From NCBI GenBank assembly GCA_030770535.1, contig JASVEC010000011.1, positions 1 through 64,000 on the forward strand: a stretch of 64,000 nucleotides of DNA, in the 5' to 3' direction. This stretch comes from Batkoa obscura (lineage: Eukaryota). The position numbers and the translations under genes were made by a program. This document shows, piece after piece, positions 25,748 through 38,356 of this stretch. The number at the start of each line of letters is the position of its first letter. Position 1 is the stretch's first letter. The notes under the pieces are model-generated. The model saw only the letters and a program-made list of their open reading frames with translations. It did not search any database and was not told where the DNA came from.

Positions 25748-26001
25748 ATGAAATTATTTACTCCTTCTTTGTTATCTGCTATCATTACATCTATTAGCTT
25801 AAATCAACTTCAGTATTCAATACCAATCACAATCCCGATGTTACAACTATGAATCAAAATCCATATAAATCCACTAATCTTAATAATGAATTAGTAAGGG
25901 ATGGGACTAATGCTCCAGTAACTGGAGAAAAGTCAAAGGGAAGGCGTGCTGATACCCCAGAAAAACCAAAGACAGTAAACATTGAATCACAAAGTGTTTG
26001 A
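25748..26001 (+). pseudogene. Frameshifted short paralogue of the secreted repeat precursor at 49328-50086
   Basis: MKLFTPSLLSAIITSISLN, then in another frame NPYKSTNLNNEL...NAPVTGEKSKGRRADTPEKPKT. One extra base near 25804 would give a single 84-aa ORF. Confidence 0.75.
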
Positions 26002-27210
26002 AGTTATTAGCACTAATCTATAAGAATACCGTATTTGTTATGATAAACTATTATATTCAGAAAATGGCTTTATTCTCTTTTACTCTTTATTACACTGGTT
26101 TAAATAACTTGATATTTAAATAATAATTAAATGATATCAATGTTTAAATTTAATGGTATAGATATTTTATCATCCGTTTTAAAACTCTAAAGTGTATATA
26201 ATATTGTACGTTCTTTATTTTTGATTACTACTATAATACGAAACAATGAGTATATATATATTTTATTTAGGTATCTAATACAACTAGAGTTCCAATAGCT
26301 TAATTAATACAAGTTCGTTATACATAGGATTTAAAAGCTGCTTTTTAAGCTCTAATTAGAATAAAATAGTCAGAATAAATAGTATTTTTTGAAGTTACTT
26401 TTATAAAAAAGTTATATAATTTGCCTTAATAAATTGTATTTTTAAGTATTGCTAAAATATATTCAAATAACACTGTTATAAACGATTCAAATGGACGTAT
26501 ATTATTAACTATTTTGATTTTGTTAACAAATTTGATACTTTGATTAATTTACTAACTACAAAAAAAAATAGTCAAAATAATTATAGTCATAGGTGCTATA
26601 TAAAATTTTAGTTTCAGATTTTCATACTTTATAATATTTGAATTTATTTATTAAATATGGATTGAATCATAAGGAAAGTAAATAAAACTAATAAAAGTAT
26701 ATCCATTAAAAAAAGGAATTATTTACAACCTAAAAATAATATCAAACCTAAAAGGGGTTTCGAAAAACAACTATAAAAATAAATATAACACTTAAGTTTA
26801 CAAAAGTCTTTCTTAGCTAAAAACTAGCTATATTTCCTCTGTTCAATGTAGCCTACGGTTGACTCAAGCCAATTCAATACGCCAGCCTTTTGAGCTAGGA
26901 AAATAATGTTATTATTTTATGAATTGGGATCTAAGGAAAGTAGGCTAAGTGATACATTTTCATTATTTCGACTTATATATTGGATTAAAATATCTAATCC
27001 TTGAAAATTATGGGATATAAAATTTGACATATTAATTGGTTGGAAATGACTATTAATTTTTAGAACAAAAAATTATTCAAGCAAGAGCTTGTTTTGTAAA
27101 ATCCTTAATTTTAGCCAATAAATTTCGAGGTGTATAAAATGCTTTTGTGCAAAATACACTATATTTTAATAATTGCTCCAAATATTGACTTTATCCTTTA
27201 TTAATTCAAA

Positions 27211-29262
27211 ATGTATATAAGAAATTTAACTAGTATAATAAGAAACCATAGTAAATTCAATAGAGATGTGTTGAAAATGTATAGTGTCACCACATTGCTT
27301 AGAACAAATCTTAATAATCCTTTAAAAGAGATAGACTTTGATGATACTTTTAAAAACCAATATGATATAGATTTTCTAGACAATAATGATACCTTCCTCA
27401 AAAAGTGGATTACTTTCAATAATTTAAAACACAATGAAAAGTTAAAGTTTACCGTATTTACATACAACCATTTACTCAGAGGATTAAGTTTTGATACTGG
27501 CAAATTTAAAACAGAGGCAGAAAAATTATTTAGGCATTTGGAGGCGGGTACTTTATATGGTGTAAAAGCTGATATTAATACATATAATTTAATGTTAATG
27601 TTTTATTCTCATAATAACGATTATATTAATGTAGAAAATATATTTAACAAGATACTGAAGAATATCCATTTAAAGCCAAATATCATCACTTTTAATAGTT
27701 TATTAAAAGCATATTCAAAGAATGAAGGCAACCTAAATAAAATGGAAAAGATTTTATATAAAGTAATGCCTAAATATAATGTTGAGCCCAGCTGTATAAC
27801 ATACACCATTCTGTTATCAGGGTGTTGTCAAAATAGGAATTTAGAAAAAGGCTATAAATTTCGTAATCATATGGGAAAATTTAATATTATACCTGATACA
27901 AAGTTTTACAATTCATTGTTGAAGTTGTATTCTATTTGTGATGTAGATTATGAAACTGTATTAAATCTGTATAAGGATTTGTTAAAAGGAAATGTCAAAT
28001 TAGATCGCTTTAGTTATGGACATTTATTAGAAATTTTAACTAAGCAAGGGCAAAACGAAATGGCTGTCAAGATATTTAACGAGATGCTAAAAAGTAAAAT
28101 AGAACCAAATGTTTATATAATGGGGCTATTAAAATTGACCCCGTTGGAATTATTAGATAGTATGAAAGAAGCAAATATAGAGTCATCACCTAAATTTTAT
28201 AATACGTTGCTAAATAATACAGTGAAGAGTGGAGATTATTTACTAAGTTTTAAGATAATTAATCATATGAGGGAAAATTTGCTGGAACCTACAGTACATT
28301 CATATAATATATTAATGGATACATATCTTTCGCTAAAAAAACCAGGCAAGTGCCTTGAGCTTTTTGATGAAATGAAAGAAAAAGGTATTAAAGGGGATTC
28401 ATATATATATAGATCGATGATAGGCGCAGCAGGATTAAAAGAGGATATAGAGTTAGCGATTAAATATTTAGATGAGGCTAAGCAAGAAAACATACCTCCA
28501 AACACATTTTTATACAATTCAGTTTTAAATATTTGTGCAAGGATGAAAAATAAAAGTAAATGTAAAGAAATATTTAATCGGATGGAAAGCGAGGGACTAA
28601 ATGGGAATATTGATAGTTACAACTATTTATTACAAACGCTTAATGGGCAAAACGATTTCTCACAGGGATGGAAATTGTATAAACTAATGTTAAGTAAAAA
28701 AGTAGTACCAAATAAAGTGACATACATATATTTAAATAAATTATGTTATGATAAAATGGACGTCGTAAAATCCTTAGAGATCTATTATGCAATGCAAGCT
28801 AGTAAAGATTGTAAGCCAGATACTATAAGCTGCGATAAATTAATGAAAGTGCTACATAATATGAACCAACCGAATAAGGCATTTGAAATATTCATCAACT
28901 TTATTTCAAACAATGAAGTATTAATATTAAACAACCAAATTGTTAATACATTTTTGGTGCTGTGTTTGGACAATAACAATTATCGTACAGCAATAGCGAC
29001 ATTTGATAAACTAATTCATTTGATAAAAATCAACAAAATGGAAGATTTACATTTAAATTCTTCAGTTTATTTAAATTATCTAGAGTTATTGCTTCGAAAT
29101 GAGCAAAATGAAGCATTTTACAAAGCACTAAATGATGGTACTTTATATTTTAACGTTAAATTTGTAAAAAGTGAAATTGAGTCACTATCGAAATATATTG
29201 ATGATAGTGATACTCAATTTAATAATTACTTAAATTCATTACCATCTAATTTGGATTTATAG
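27211..29262 (+). CDS. Pentatricopeptide repeat protein, probably mitochondrial, intronless
   Basis: Many 35-aa units: PNIITFNSLLKAYSK, PSCITYTILLSGCC, PDTKFYNSLL, PTVHSYNILMD, PNTFLYNSVLNICA, PNKVTY. Confidence 0.93.
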   Translation: MYIRNLTSIIRNHSKFNRDVLKMYSVTTLLRTNLNNPLKEIDFDDTFKNQYDIDFLDNNDTFLKKWITFNNLKHNEKLKFTVFTYNHLLRGLSFDTGKFKTEAEKLFRHLEAGTLYGVKADINTYNLMLMFYSHNNDYINVENIFNKILKNIHLKPNIITFNSLLKAYSKNEGNLNKMEKILYKVMPKYNVEPSCITYTILLSGCCQNRNLEKGYKFRNHMGKFNIIPDTKFYNSLLKLYSICDVDYETVLNLYKDLLKGNVKLDRFSYGHLLEILTKQGQNEMAVKIFNEMLKSKIEPNVYIMGLLKLTPLELLDSMKEANIESSPKFYNTLLNNTVKSGDYLLSFKIINHMRENLLEPTVHSYNILMDTYLSLKKPGKCLELFDEMKEKGIKGDSYIYRSMIGAAGLKEDIELAIKYLDEAKQENIPPNTFLYNSVLNICARMKNKSKCKEIFNRMESEGLNGNIDSYNYLLQTLNGQNDFSQGWKLYKLMLSKKVVPNKVTYIYLNKLCYDKMDVVKSLEIYYAMQASKDCKPDTISCDKLMKVLHNMNQPNKAFEIFINFISNNEVLILNNQIVNTFLVLCLDNNNYRTAIATFDKLIHLIKINKMEDLHLNSSVYLNYLELLLRNEQNEAFYKALNDGTLYFNVKFVKSEIESLSKYIDDSDTQFNNYLNSLPSNLDL

Positions 29263-29941
29263 AGTATTATATTTAATAGATAGAATAAATAGTTTTTGGT
29301 TTCCTTATAATTTTGTATAATTATATTTTTTATCATTTTTTAAAAGCTTGTTTAAAATTCTTTATAAAAATCAAAAGTGTAAACTAGTCATAAACTCATT
29401 ATAAAATTATTGTACATATAGTATAGTTAAAAAAATATTATCTGAAATGTTATAATATAACTATTAAATATACAAATATAAGATAATTATAGGGTTTGTA
29501 ATGTTAAATAAGTAATAATATGTTATATCATTAAAAAATAGATTAATATTATTTTATAATTTAGTAAATTTTAGTACGGTTTTTGTCAAACTGTATTATA
29601 CACAACAATAATCAAATTCGTCTTTAAAAAGGAGCACAATTTCTACCATTTCATAAATATAATAATTTAACGGCTTTTAATCATATATCAAATACTAATA
29701 ATGTATATTATTTAACATTTGTTTTATGCATAAACAGAATTTACTAGAGAAAAGCAAATATTACGGAAATTCCACCAATTAAACCGGTTGGTTAATGAAA
29801 AAATTTCCAAGATGTGGTAAAAAATTTTAGGCAAGGGTCAAGCTGCAAATGAAGTGATTTGCTGATAGTGTAATTTCCCAACATCGAAATAATCCTCCTT
29901 TTTTATCTTTAATAACTTTCTCTTAAAGATATCTATTAATA

Positions 29942-30708
29942 ATGCCTCCAAAGGTCGACCCAAACGAAGTTAAAATTAGTATGTGATTCGATATATATTA
30001 AACTACAACAAATATATGATAAGATAAAATTATCAAATAATAGTGTTTAAAAAATATTAGTAAACAATAAAAATTAATATATTAATGTATTGTTTATTAC
30101 TGTGAATAAAAAATAAGCATTTTGAGCAAATAACTTACATTCTTTTTAATAGTCTATCTCCGTGCTACCGGTGGTGAAGTAGGTGCTTCATCTGCTCTTG
30201 CACCAAAGATTGGTCCCCTTGGTCTTTCCCCAAAGAAAGTAGGTGAAGATATCGCCAAGGCTACCCAAGAATGGAAAGGTCTTCGTATCACTGTTCAGCT
30301 CACTATTCAAAATCGTCAAGCTGCTGTTTCAGTCGTTCCATCTGCTTCTTCTTTAGTTATTAAAGCTCTCAACGAACCATACAGAGACCGTAAGAAGGAA
30401 AAAAACAGTAAGTTTATTCATTCTTAGTTTATCCATACTAACTTTATTTAGTTAAACATACTGGTAACATTACTCTTGAACAAGTTGTTGAAATTGCTCG
30501 TGTCATGCGTTACAAATCATTAGCTAAAGAACTCAAAGGTACTGTCAAAGAAATCCTTGGTACTGCTTTCTCTGTCGGATGTACCGTCGATGGTGAAAAT
30601 CCAAAGGATCTCGGTGACCGTATTGACGCCGGAGAAGTTGATGTTCCAGTAAGTTATCTTTTTATTGTTTTATTTGCAAAAAATTAATTATATTTTTAGG
30701 AGGAATAA
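29942..30708 (+). CDS. RPL12: 60S ribosomal protein L12 (uL11), 4 exons
   Basis: [50 protein letters not shown]...[19 protein letters not shown]. Confidence 0.98.
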
Positions 30709-31336
30709 ATTATAAATAAAGCTAACCTTTAAAAGTTACGCGGCTCTAATTTTTCATATTAATTTAATGAAATTTTGTAACTAATACTAATACATTTATT
30801 TAACTGTTTTTTTTAAAGAACTTTTAGTATCATATTCTATTTGATTTAATTATAGGTTTATGATATTGGGTAATGTAATGAAATTGAGTTTTAAATTAAA
30901 GTTTTGTTTTGAATGTAATTTTTATTCTGCCTTTTTCATATAAGTGTTTTTAAATTTATAAGTAATTTTTACTTTATTAAATATGTATGTTAAGTAAGGT
31001 TACTTATCATGTTTCAAATACATACAATCATTATAAAATGCGAGTAATCTATTAAATACATAGCTTTGAAAGCAATACCTACAAATCCAATTTGGTAATA
31101 TTCATTGTTAAAAATATCCTCAAGCCATTTAATATCTCAAATAAAACATAATAAAACTACAAACTCAAAATTTTTGTAAAATTAAAACAAAAGATATTTG
31201 ATTGAACGTAAATTCCCACAGCTGGACTAGATGCTTTAGGGTTACTGAAAATCATCTTGCAAATATAATAGAATCCTCTGACATACTGATTACTATAAAA
31301 TGAACCTTTGGAAAATCGAGATTAATTTAGCTAGAA

Positions 31337-31440
31337 TATGAGAATGTATTTTTATGTTTAAGAATTTTATTAACAATCTTTCTGCTCAAATAGCGCTTAA
31401 AAATGGAAAAAACAATGAAGCCAAAAAAAACATCCCCATA
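31337..31440 (-). mobile_element. Family 1 MITE-like element, copy E (reverse orientation)
   Basis: TATGAGAATGTATTTTT...CTCAAATAGCGCTTAAAAATGGAAAA...AAAACATCCCCATA. Confidence 0.85.
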
Positions 31441-31676
31441 TCAAATATTTATAAATCCCAATTTTTTATTTTTAAAGCAAAATAACTTTATGATTAGTGT
31501 AGCTTCGAAAATTACTTTCAAAATTGCCAACTTTGCTATTTATAATTATTTGTTCATATTGCTTTATAAAGTGTTTAATATTTTTTAGATTTTAAACTGT
31601 TTAAAAGTGGATAAATGTTAAAACAAAAAAGGTATTCTTATATACCTATATATAAATTAATGAATTATGCTTTACT

Positions 31677-32704
31677 TTAAAATTCATTAATTTCACAAGT
31701 AAAGATGATATGATGTTCGGATTCCAATTTGACAGTTACTGTTATATTATCAATTAAATTTGATGTGCTAACCAAACCACCAAAGTAACTAGATTCGCCA
31801 TCTATTTATTATAAATAAGTTAATTTAAATTAATGTGACATAAATTATAGCTTATAATAAAGTACCTAAATTCCATTTTAAACCTGTAGTATATAATTTT
31901 TCTACTTTACCACCTATGGGAAGTAGACCACATGTTGGCCCAATAAATTTATCATCAATAAAAATTGTATGATTTTGATCTTTATTTAACAAAAAAGTTA
32001 ATGTTTCTGGAGAATACAATAGCACTATTGTATCTCGTGGAAATTTATATAAACTTTGAATTGACGCTAAACTATGATCAAATCTACCTCCTATTCCCCC
32101 ATGAATTATTATATTAAGTGGCTTTTCTTTTTTAGTCATATTTAATTCAATGGAATTATGTTACCTTATTTAAGTTTAAACTGGCTTGTTTGCTTTTAAT
32201 CAAGTTATAGCACTTAGTCAAATCTGTAGAATATTGATCTTCATCCTGGATAACATCAACATCCTTTTTTCGGTTTTAAAAATCATACCATTTATATTGA
32301 AATAAATTACCAGGTTTTCATAATATTCCTTGGTTTTAGGTAATAAGGAATCTAAATCTCCATGGATGTAATCTGGCAAAAAACTAATCATATACTTTAA
32401 TAAAGTATAAATGTTTATCAACTAAAATTACTTCATTCTCTTTTCATTATTACTTGCAAATCCATCATATAACCTATTTGCCCCTCCATCTGCACATACC
32501 CTTATTTTTGCTTTACACAAGTTATTATTTTTATTTTTATTTTTATTTTATTGATTTACCATTATTCCATAAATTAATAAATATTTCTGAACTTGGGTTT
32601 ACAGGTTGATTTAAAATAATTAAAGCAAACGGACAGGTAGCTTCATTAGGCACTAACAATTTTTTTAAATTCCATTCTTTTAAATTATCATTATTAGTCG
32701 ACAT
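31677..32704 (-). CDS. THI80: Thiamine pyrophosphokinase, multi-exon
   Basis: ALIILNQP, CADGGANRLYD, PDYIHGDLDS, DQYSTD, GGIGGRFDH, CGLLPIG, TTGLKWNL, FGGLVSTSN. Confidence 0.95.
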
Positions 32705-32981
32705 TATAAAAGCAATCACTTTGAATATTTTGACTTTTTCTTTTTATAATTTTCTATTGGTGACGTTTGATTTTATTTTGCAACTTTAATTGTAAATTGT
32801 TCATAAAAATAAATTATATTCTTAAATATATTAAAAGTTAAATAAAAGTTTAAGCATATAATTAAATATTTAAAACAGTATAAAACAGCATTATTTTAAA
32901 TTGTTTTAATTATTTCAAATTAATTCCAAATTAAGCTCTACATTTAGAACAGATTGAAATAGTTATAAATTAAAAATTAAA

Positions 32982-34190
32982 TTATTCCCTTCTAAGTACT
33001 GTATCAGACCTTGAAAGTGGTTCGAATTTAGAAACTTGAGAAGCACCTTCTTCTTCATCAGATTCTTCTTCTGCAAATACTAAATTAGGATTCAAATTTA
33101 TGTTTAAGCTGATCTTCTCCTCTATTTTTTTTGGTTTATCCTCTTTATCTAAATCAGGTATATTAATTAAGGGTGGAGGTATTAATGAATATTGCTCAGA
33201 TAATTTGAGGAATCGTCTATAAAGACGATGTTGATTCTAAAAACAGGTTAAAAAACATATTTAAAACAAAAGAATGCTTACTTCGAATATTTCAAACACT
33301 TCTTTATGATGAAAATAAGCATGGGCAAATATTCTGTACAGTCTTCGGGAGATGGATAAGAAATGTTTAATCGAGCCATTTGGGATGGTAATTCTATTTA
33401 ATCCTTTATTAAAATTTCAAATATTCTTTGATTTTTTTACCTTGATGGAAAATATTTTGGATTATTTAATAAAGAAATAGCACCATCTAAAGTATGAACA
33501 ATATAATCAATGGCACAACACTAGATTATTAGACAAGAAAGATATTAGTTATAAAATAATTACCCCTTGTGGACTTGGATGGCAAGCACACAAGAAAAAA
33601 AACTCACTTGCTTTCATTTCAGGGCATGTTTTTGAGTTGCACTCATTTTGCAATTGCACTACCATATAACTTAATTCTAGACAAACTTGTCTACAACATA
33701 AAAACATTATTTTATAAAAAAATAAAAAAAATAAAAAACCTCAAATGTTCATATAGCCAAATATCCGGAGATTGAGAATCAGGTATATTTAATAAAATTT
33801 CAATATCCAATGGGTCTCTTCTTATCAAATCTTGTAAATATTCTTGTAATGAGCAGGGTGATTCTAGTGTTTCAAAATCTATTTTTGACCAATTGTATGA
33901 ATCCTAAATAATTGAATTAATTTGTTTACATGAGGTTTATTACAAAAATAGATTCAAATTACTTCTAACTTGTCGCCTATCATCATTCTTCTAAAATTAA
34001 GTTGATTATTTTGATTATTAGCTTTTCCTTCATTATTTTTTTCCAATTTATCTTTCACTTCATTTTTTTTACTTTTTACTTCTTCACTTTTTAAACTTAT
34101 CTTTGATTTTGATTTAGACACCTTTTTATTATTGCTTTCTTTGTTACTTGTCACCTCCTTCTTTAAATCTTCTTTGCTTTTGTGCGCCAT
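32982..34190 (-). CDS. MOB4: MOB4/phocein (MOB kinase-activator family; STRIPAK subunit), multi-exon
   Basis: IWLYEHLR, CPEMKASEFFFLCACH, CCAIDYIVHTLDGA...YFPSR, RRLYRIFAHAYFHH. Confidence 0.92.
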
Positions 34191-35123
34191 ATTAAATTAA
34201 CTAACTTTTATTAACTAAAAAAATAATCCTTATGTTAATTTCCGTTGAAGTTGATATTCTATATGACTGATTCTCATTGGTCCATTTCAAATATTAATTT
34301 GTCTTATGCTTTGTATATAATTTATTTTAAATGTTAAATTATTGATAATAAATATTAAACATTTTAATTAAATAAGTAAATTCACCTATTTGAAACAAAT
34401 TTACTTCAACTTTTATAAAGTTATCGAATAACATATTAGCCTAGTTAAAAAAAGGATACTGTATGGTATTTAAATAACTTTAAATGGGGATAAATGAAAA
34501 GAAAGCAAAATAAATAACACAAATACATTTAAAAACAAGCTTTATTTAATCAAAGACTAAAAAGACTAAATTTTATATCAAAATAAAGGTTAAAAAGATA
34601 TAGACATAAAATTCTAGTAGCAAAGACCAAATAAAGGTTCATTTACAATGTTATTAGCTATTACTTTTGATGTGACTTAGATACCAGTGATATAGATTCA
34701 TTATAGGGTTGTAAATAATAATAATGCTATGAGTAAAATCTAATGATTCCCAACCACTTTTAATAAACTAATACATGTACTTCAATTTTAATCCTTCATT
34801 TATATACATTATCTATAATATTTACAATTTTATAAGCGCATTTTCTGGCTCTACTGTAACTTGGTTACTTATTTTGATAATCATTATATAATAGCGCAAT
34901 GTATACATATTTCTGTAGTATATAAATTTAATATTACCATTAGACTTGAGTATGACGTCTTTGTTTGATTCTAAAAAGTTTGATGCTATAAAAAATTAGT
35001 AATCCAAGTCATTAGCTTAAAGTTTATATTAAAAAAATTGGCTTTTTTAATGATTTTTTTAATACCCTTTTATTATAATCCGAAATGATATAAATCAGGT
35101 TGCAAATTGTTTAAAAAATTAAT

Positions 35124-35575
35124 TTATGGTCCGGCAGTTGGAGCTGGGTTCATCTAAAAATAATTTTAGGTAAATCTAAATGTTTAAATAAAATGAAATT
35201 ACTCTTCTTTTAGCACCGACATTGCTAACGTTAACAAAACGGCGGAGATAGATAGCTCTTTTTTTAGCACGGCCTAATTATACATAAATGAAATGTAATT
35301 TATACCTTAACATTTTAATTACCAGTTAATTTCTTTGGCTTTTCTTGCTTTTCAACTTTTGGACATTGTGACTTTACTTTACCGGCACGAGCGAGAGAAC
35401 CGTGTACTTTACCCTTTGATAGAACTGATTTAGTTTTTTGTTTCAAGTCATTTTTTCAATTGAGCGGGATCAGGTTGATTTAACATCCTTTTTCATTTTT
35501 TTCGTTTTATTTTAATCTCAATTTATATCTCTCTATGGATATTATAATGGATGTTTTATATTTAATAGTTACCAT
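35124..35575 (-). CDS. RPS30: 40S ribosomal protein S30 (eS30), 4 exons; first coding exon is ATG only
   Basis: [47 protein letters not shown]...MNPAPTAGP. Absent from the ORF track. Confidence 0.97.
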
Positions 35576-36100
35576 GTTGTTTTATACTTTCAACTGTGAG
35601 AGTTAATGAGAGGAGGCTATCTTCAATACTTCACTTTACTTGTTATTCAAAATACTACTATATTTGAGGCACATTTGGCTTAGTTTTGAAGATTTGCATT
35701 ATTTCATTGGATGAATTTCTATTTCGAACCAATTATTACAATTTGATTTTTTATGTCCCTAATTTTAAATCATGAACATGTATAATAGATGTTATATTAT
35801 ATAATGTAATATAATATAGGCATCATTCAATGTATAATATATATATACATATACGTAGATTTTATATAGCAGCTTTGTATCGATATTTTAACAAAAATAT
35901 TTATTGATTCGCAAGTTTAAATTCTTTGTTGGTGAATCGTAATACTGTCCTAAGTCATGAAAGCTTTTATAATTTAATTTATGACCTTTTATAACTAAAT
36001 ATTATAAGTTTGGTATCAAAAAGTGTATTATTAATTTAATATAAGCAAAAAAACAAATGCAGGTTTATTAAATAGTAGTAATTAAATATCATAATCTGGG

Positions 36101-36601
36101 TTAAGTATCAAGGCAAATTGGGCTTTCAGATCTTTTATCGGATTTATCTTTCAATACCTCTTCTTCATAATTTGGTATTGCTACATATATTTTATGTTTC
36201 TCTATTACAAAATATGAATAACTTATGATATTTATAATAATAAAAAATAAATTACTGCATGTATTGACAGTATGCCTTTTGTTTGTCAAATTAGTTATTT
36301 CACAAATAAAATCGACAAAAGTTTCTAAATAATAAAAGGTTATCATTTGCCTTTAACTTGATAAAAAAAACTTACCAGGATTGTAGTATTCTTCTATCTT
36401 TAACTTCTTATATGATATTTCATTCGGTGCCTCAAAAAATACATTCCTATGTCTTATTGTGCTATTATCGATTGGGACTAATGGTGATTTATTTTTGTAT
36501 TTTAATTTCCTTTTATCATTTTTGTTGATCTTTTTATCTTTACTAATGGGCTTTCTACTATTATATATTCTGTCTTTATTTTCTTTCACCTTGCTATTCA
36601 T
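36101..36601 (-). CDS. Hypothetical basic protein, multi-exon; 3' end uncertain
   Basis: Two adjacent ORFs linked by plausible short introns; no recognised motif. May extend to an exon near 35890-35995. Confidence 0.45.
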
Positions 36602-36760
36602 TCCAAAAAGTTATCACTATAAATTTAATCTTTGAACATTTTATCATCAAATTTATTACAAATAATAAGTAAATGTTTTGGTGAGAAAGGAGCCAATAAT
36701 AATTTGAAAGAATTAATTTATAAAAAAAGTAAATAGCAAACAAATAAGCATACTATATTT

Positions 36761-38158
36761 TTAATTAAATTTAATAGTAATCCTGTTATCCTTATTAATA
36801 CTATTAAATTCTTTGCTCAATTGAGATAATTCCAAATCATCGTCCATAATATTTAAGTATAAGTACTTTAAATTTGTTAAAGATTGTATAAAGTAGTGAA
36901 ATAAGGGTATAGTTGTTAAGGTTAAATCTCCATAAAGTGTATGAATTGAGTTTGGAAAATTTACGTCAAATTCAATTAAACTTTTAACAAAATTATCTAT
37001 TTCTTCTTCATGGACATTGTCAATTTGAGGTAAAATCCATTCCTTTAAGTGAGTTAAATGATTTAAGATGAAACATATATAATTAGTTGAAAACGAATAC
37101 TCATTTTTTGTTATAATAAATTGCTTCAGGTTACTCTCTTTATTGATGATCTTTGGTATATCAAAATAAGATTCATTAATTGAACATTTGTTTAATTGTA
37201 AATGAGCTAACGTATTCATATCAAACACTAAATAATGAAATATCTTCTCAGTGATTGGTAAATAACTATCTAAGGTTAATGAAGTTAAATTATTGAACTT
37301 ATTAAATAATAAAACATCATTTGTATTTAAATTGCTTAAACTTAATTGTGTCAAATTGGGATATTCACCATATATAGTTAGAAGCTCATTCTTTGCTTTG
37401 TAATAATTTAAATTGATATTTAACACCTTTAAATTGGGCTGGTCAATTAACAACTTTGCCTGTTCTTTTTGAAAGAGTTCGATTTCTAATTCAAATTTAT
37501 TTAATTTTAAATTAAATTTAGTATTAAAGTAATATATGGCATCATTATCAATTTTGATAGCTTGTAATGTCAATTCCTTCAATGATAAAAGAGAGGTATT
37601 AATATTATAAAATAACTTTACATTAACCTGATTTAATTGATATAGGCTTAATCTGTTTAAGTTGCTGAAGTAGGGTAATAATGGATTAATACTAAATATA
37701 TCATCATAATGCAATACCAGCTGCTTCAAATGGAATTGTTTCAATACTAATAAATCTTGTTTATTAGATAGATCATCTAATAGAAAAACTTCAACTTTAT
37801 TTAAATGCTTTAAATGTGTTAAACTCCAGTTAAATTCCATATATTTTTTTGAGCTGCCATAAAAGAATACTTTGGTTATATTAAAACAATACTTATAAAT
37901 TAAATCCAAATGTTGATAATCTAATCCCTCACTTATAGTTATATTATTAATTAAAGTCCCGTATTTTTGAATTAATATATCAAATTGTGTTAAATCCATC
38001 TTTAATAATTTATAATCAGGATCATTAAATATATATTTTGATATTAATTTATTTTGATGTTTATTTAATAAACGATAATTTAATAACTCTTTTTCATCTT
38101 CTACATAAGTTAATATTTGATAGATAATTTCGTTTGGTAAATTATATTTCATTGCCAT
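36761..38158 (-). CDS. F-box / leucine-rich-repeat protein, intronless
   Basis: N-terminal LPNEIIYQILTYV...LLNYRLLNK F-box followed by LxxLxL repeats (NLNRLSL, SLKELTL, NLKVLNI, NLTQLSL, NLTSLTL). Confidence 0.88.
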   Translation of the reverse strand: MAMKYNLPNEIIYQILTYVEDEKELLNYRLLNKHQNKLISKYIFNDPDYKLLKMDLTQFDILIQKYGTLINNITISEGLDYQHLDLIYKYCFNITKVFFYGSSKKYMEFNWSLTHLKHLNKVEVFLLDDLSNKQDLLVLKQFHLKQLVLHYDDIFSINPLLPYFSNLNRLSLYQLNQVNVKLFYNINTSLLSLKELTLQAIKIDNDAIYYFNTKFNLKLNKFELEIELFQKEQAKLLIDQPNLKVLNINLNYYKAKNELLTIYGEYPNLTQLSLSNLNTNDVLLFNKFNNLTSLTLDSYLPITEKIFHYLVFDMNTLAHLQLNKCSINESYFDIPKIINKESNLKQFIITKNEYSFSTNYICFILNHLTHLKEWILPQIDNVHEEEIDNFVKSLIEFDVNFPNSIHTLYGDLTLTTIPLFHYFIQSLTNLKYLYLNIMDDDLELSQLSKEFNSINKDNRITIKFN

Positions 38159-38356
38159 TTTTTAAAAATAATTAATTTAAATTAACGATTAAGTTTATAT
38201 ATATAATATTTAGTTACACACCTTCATTTTACTATTTTTATTCTGATTTTCATCATTGGTTTATTTTCAGTTTAATTTAGTTTATGTTGATCGAAAAATC
38301 AAATTAAAATTAATTTCATAGTGATATTAAGTTTATTAATTATAAAAAATATAATG

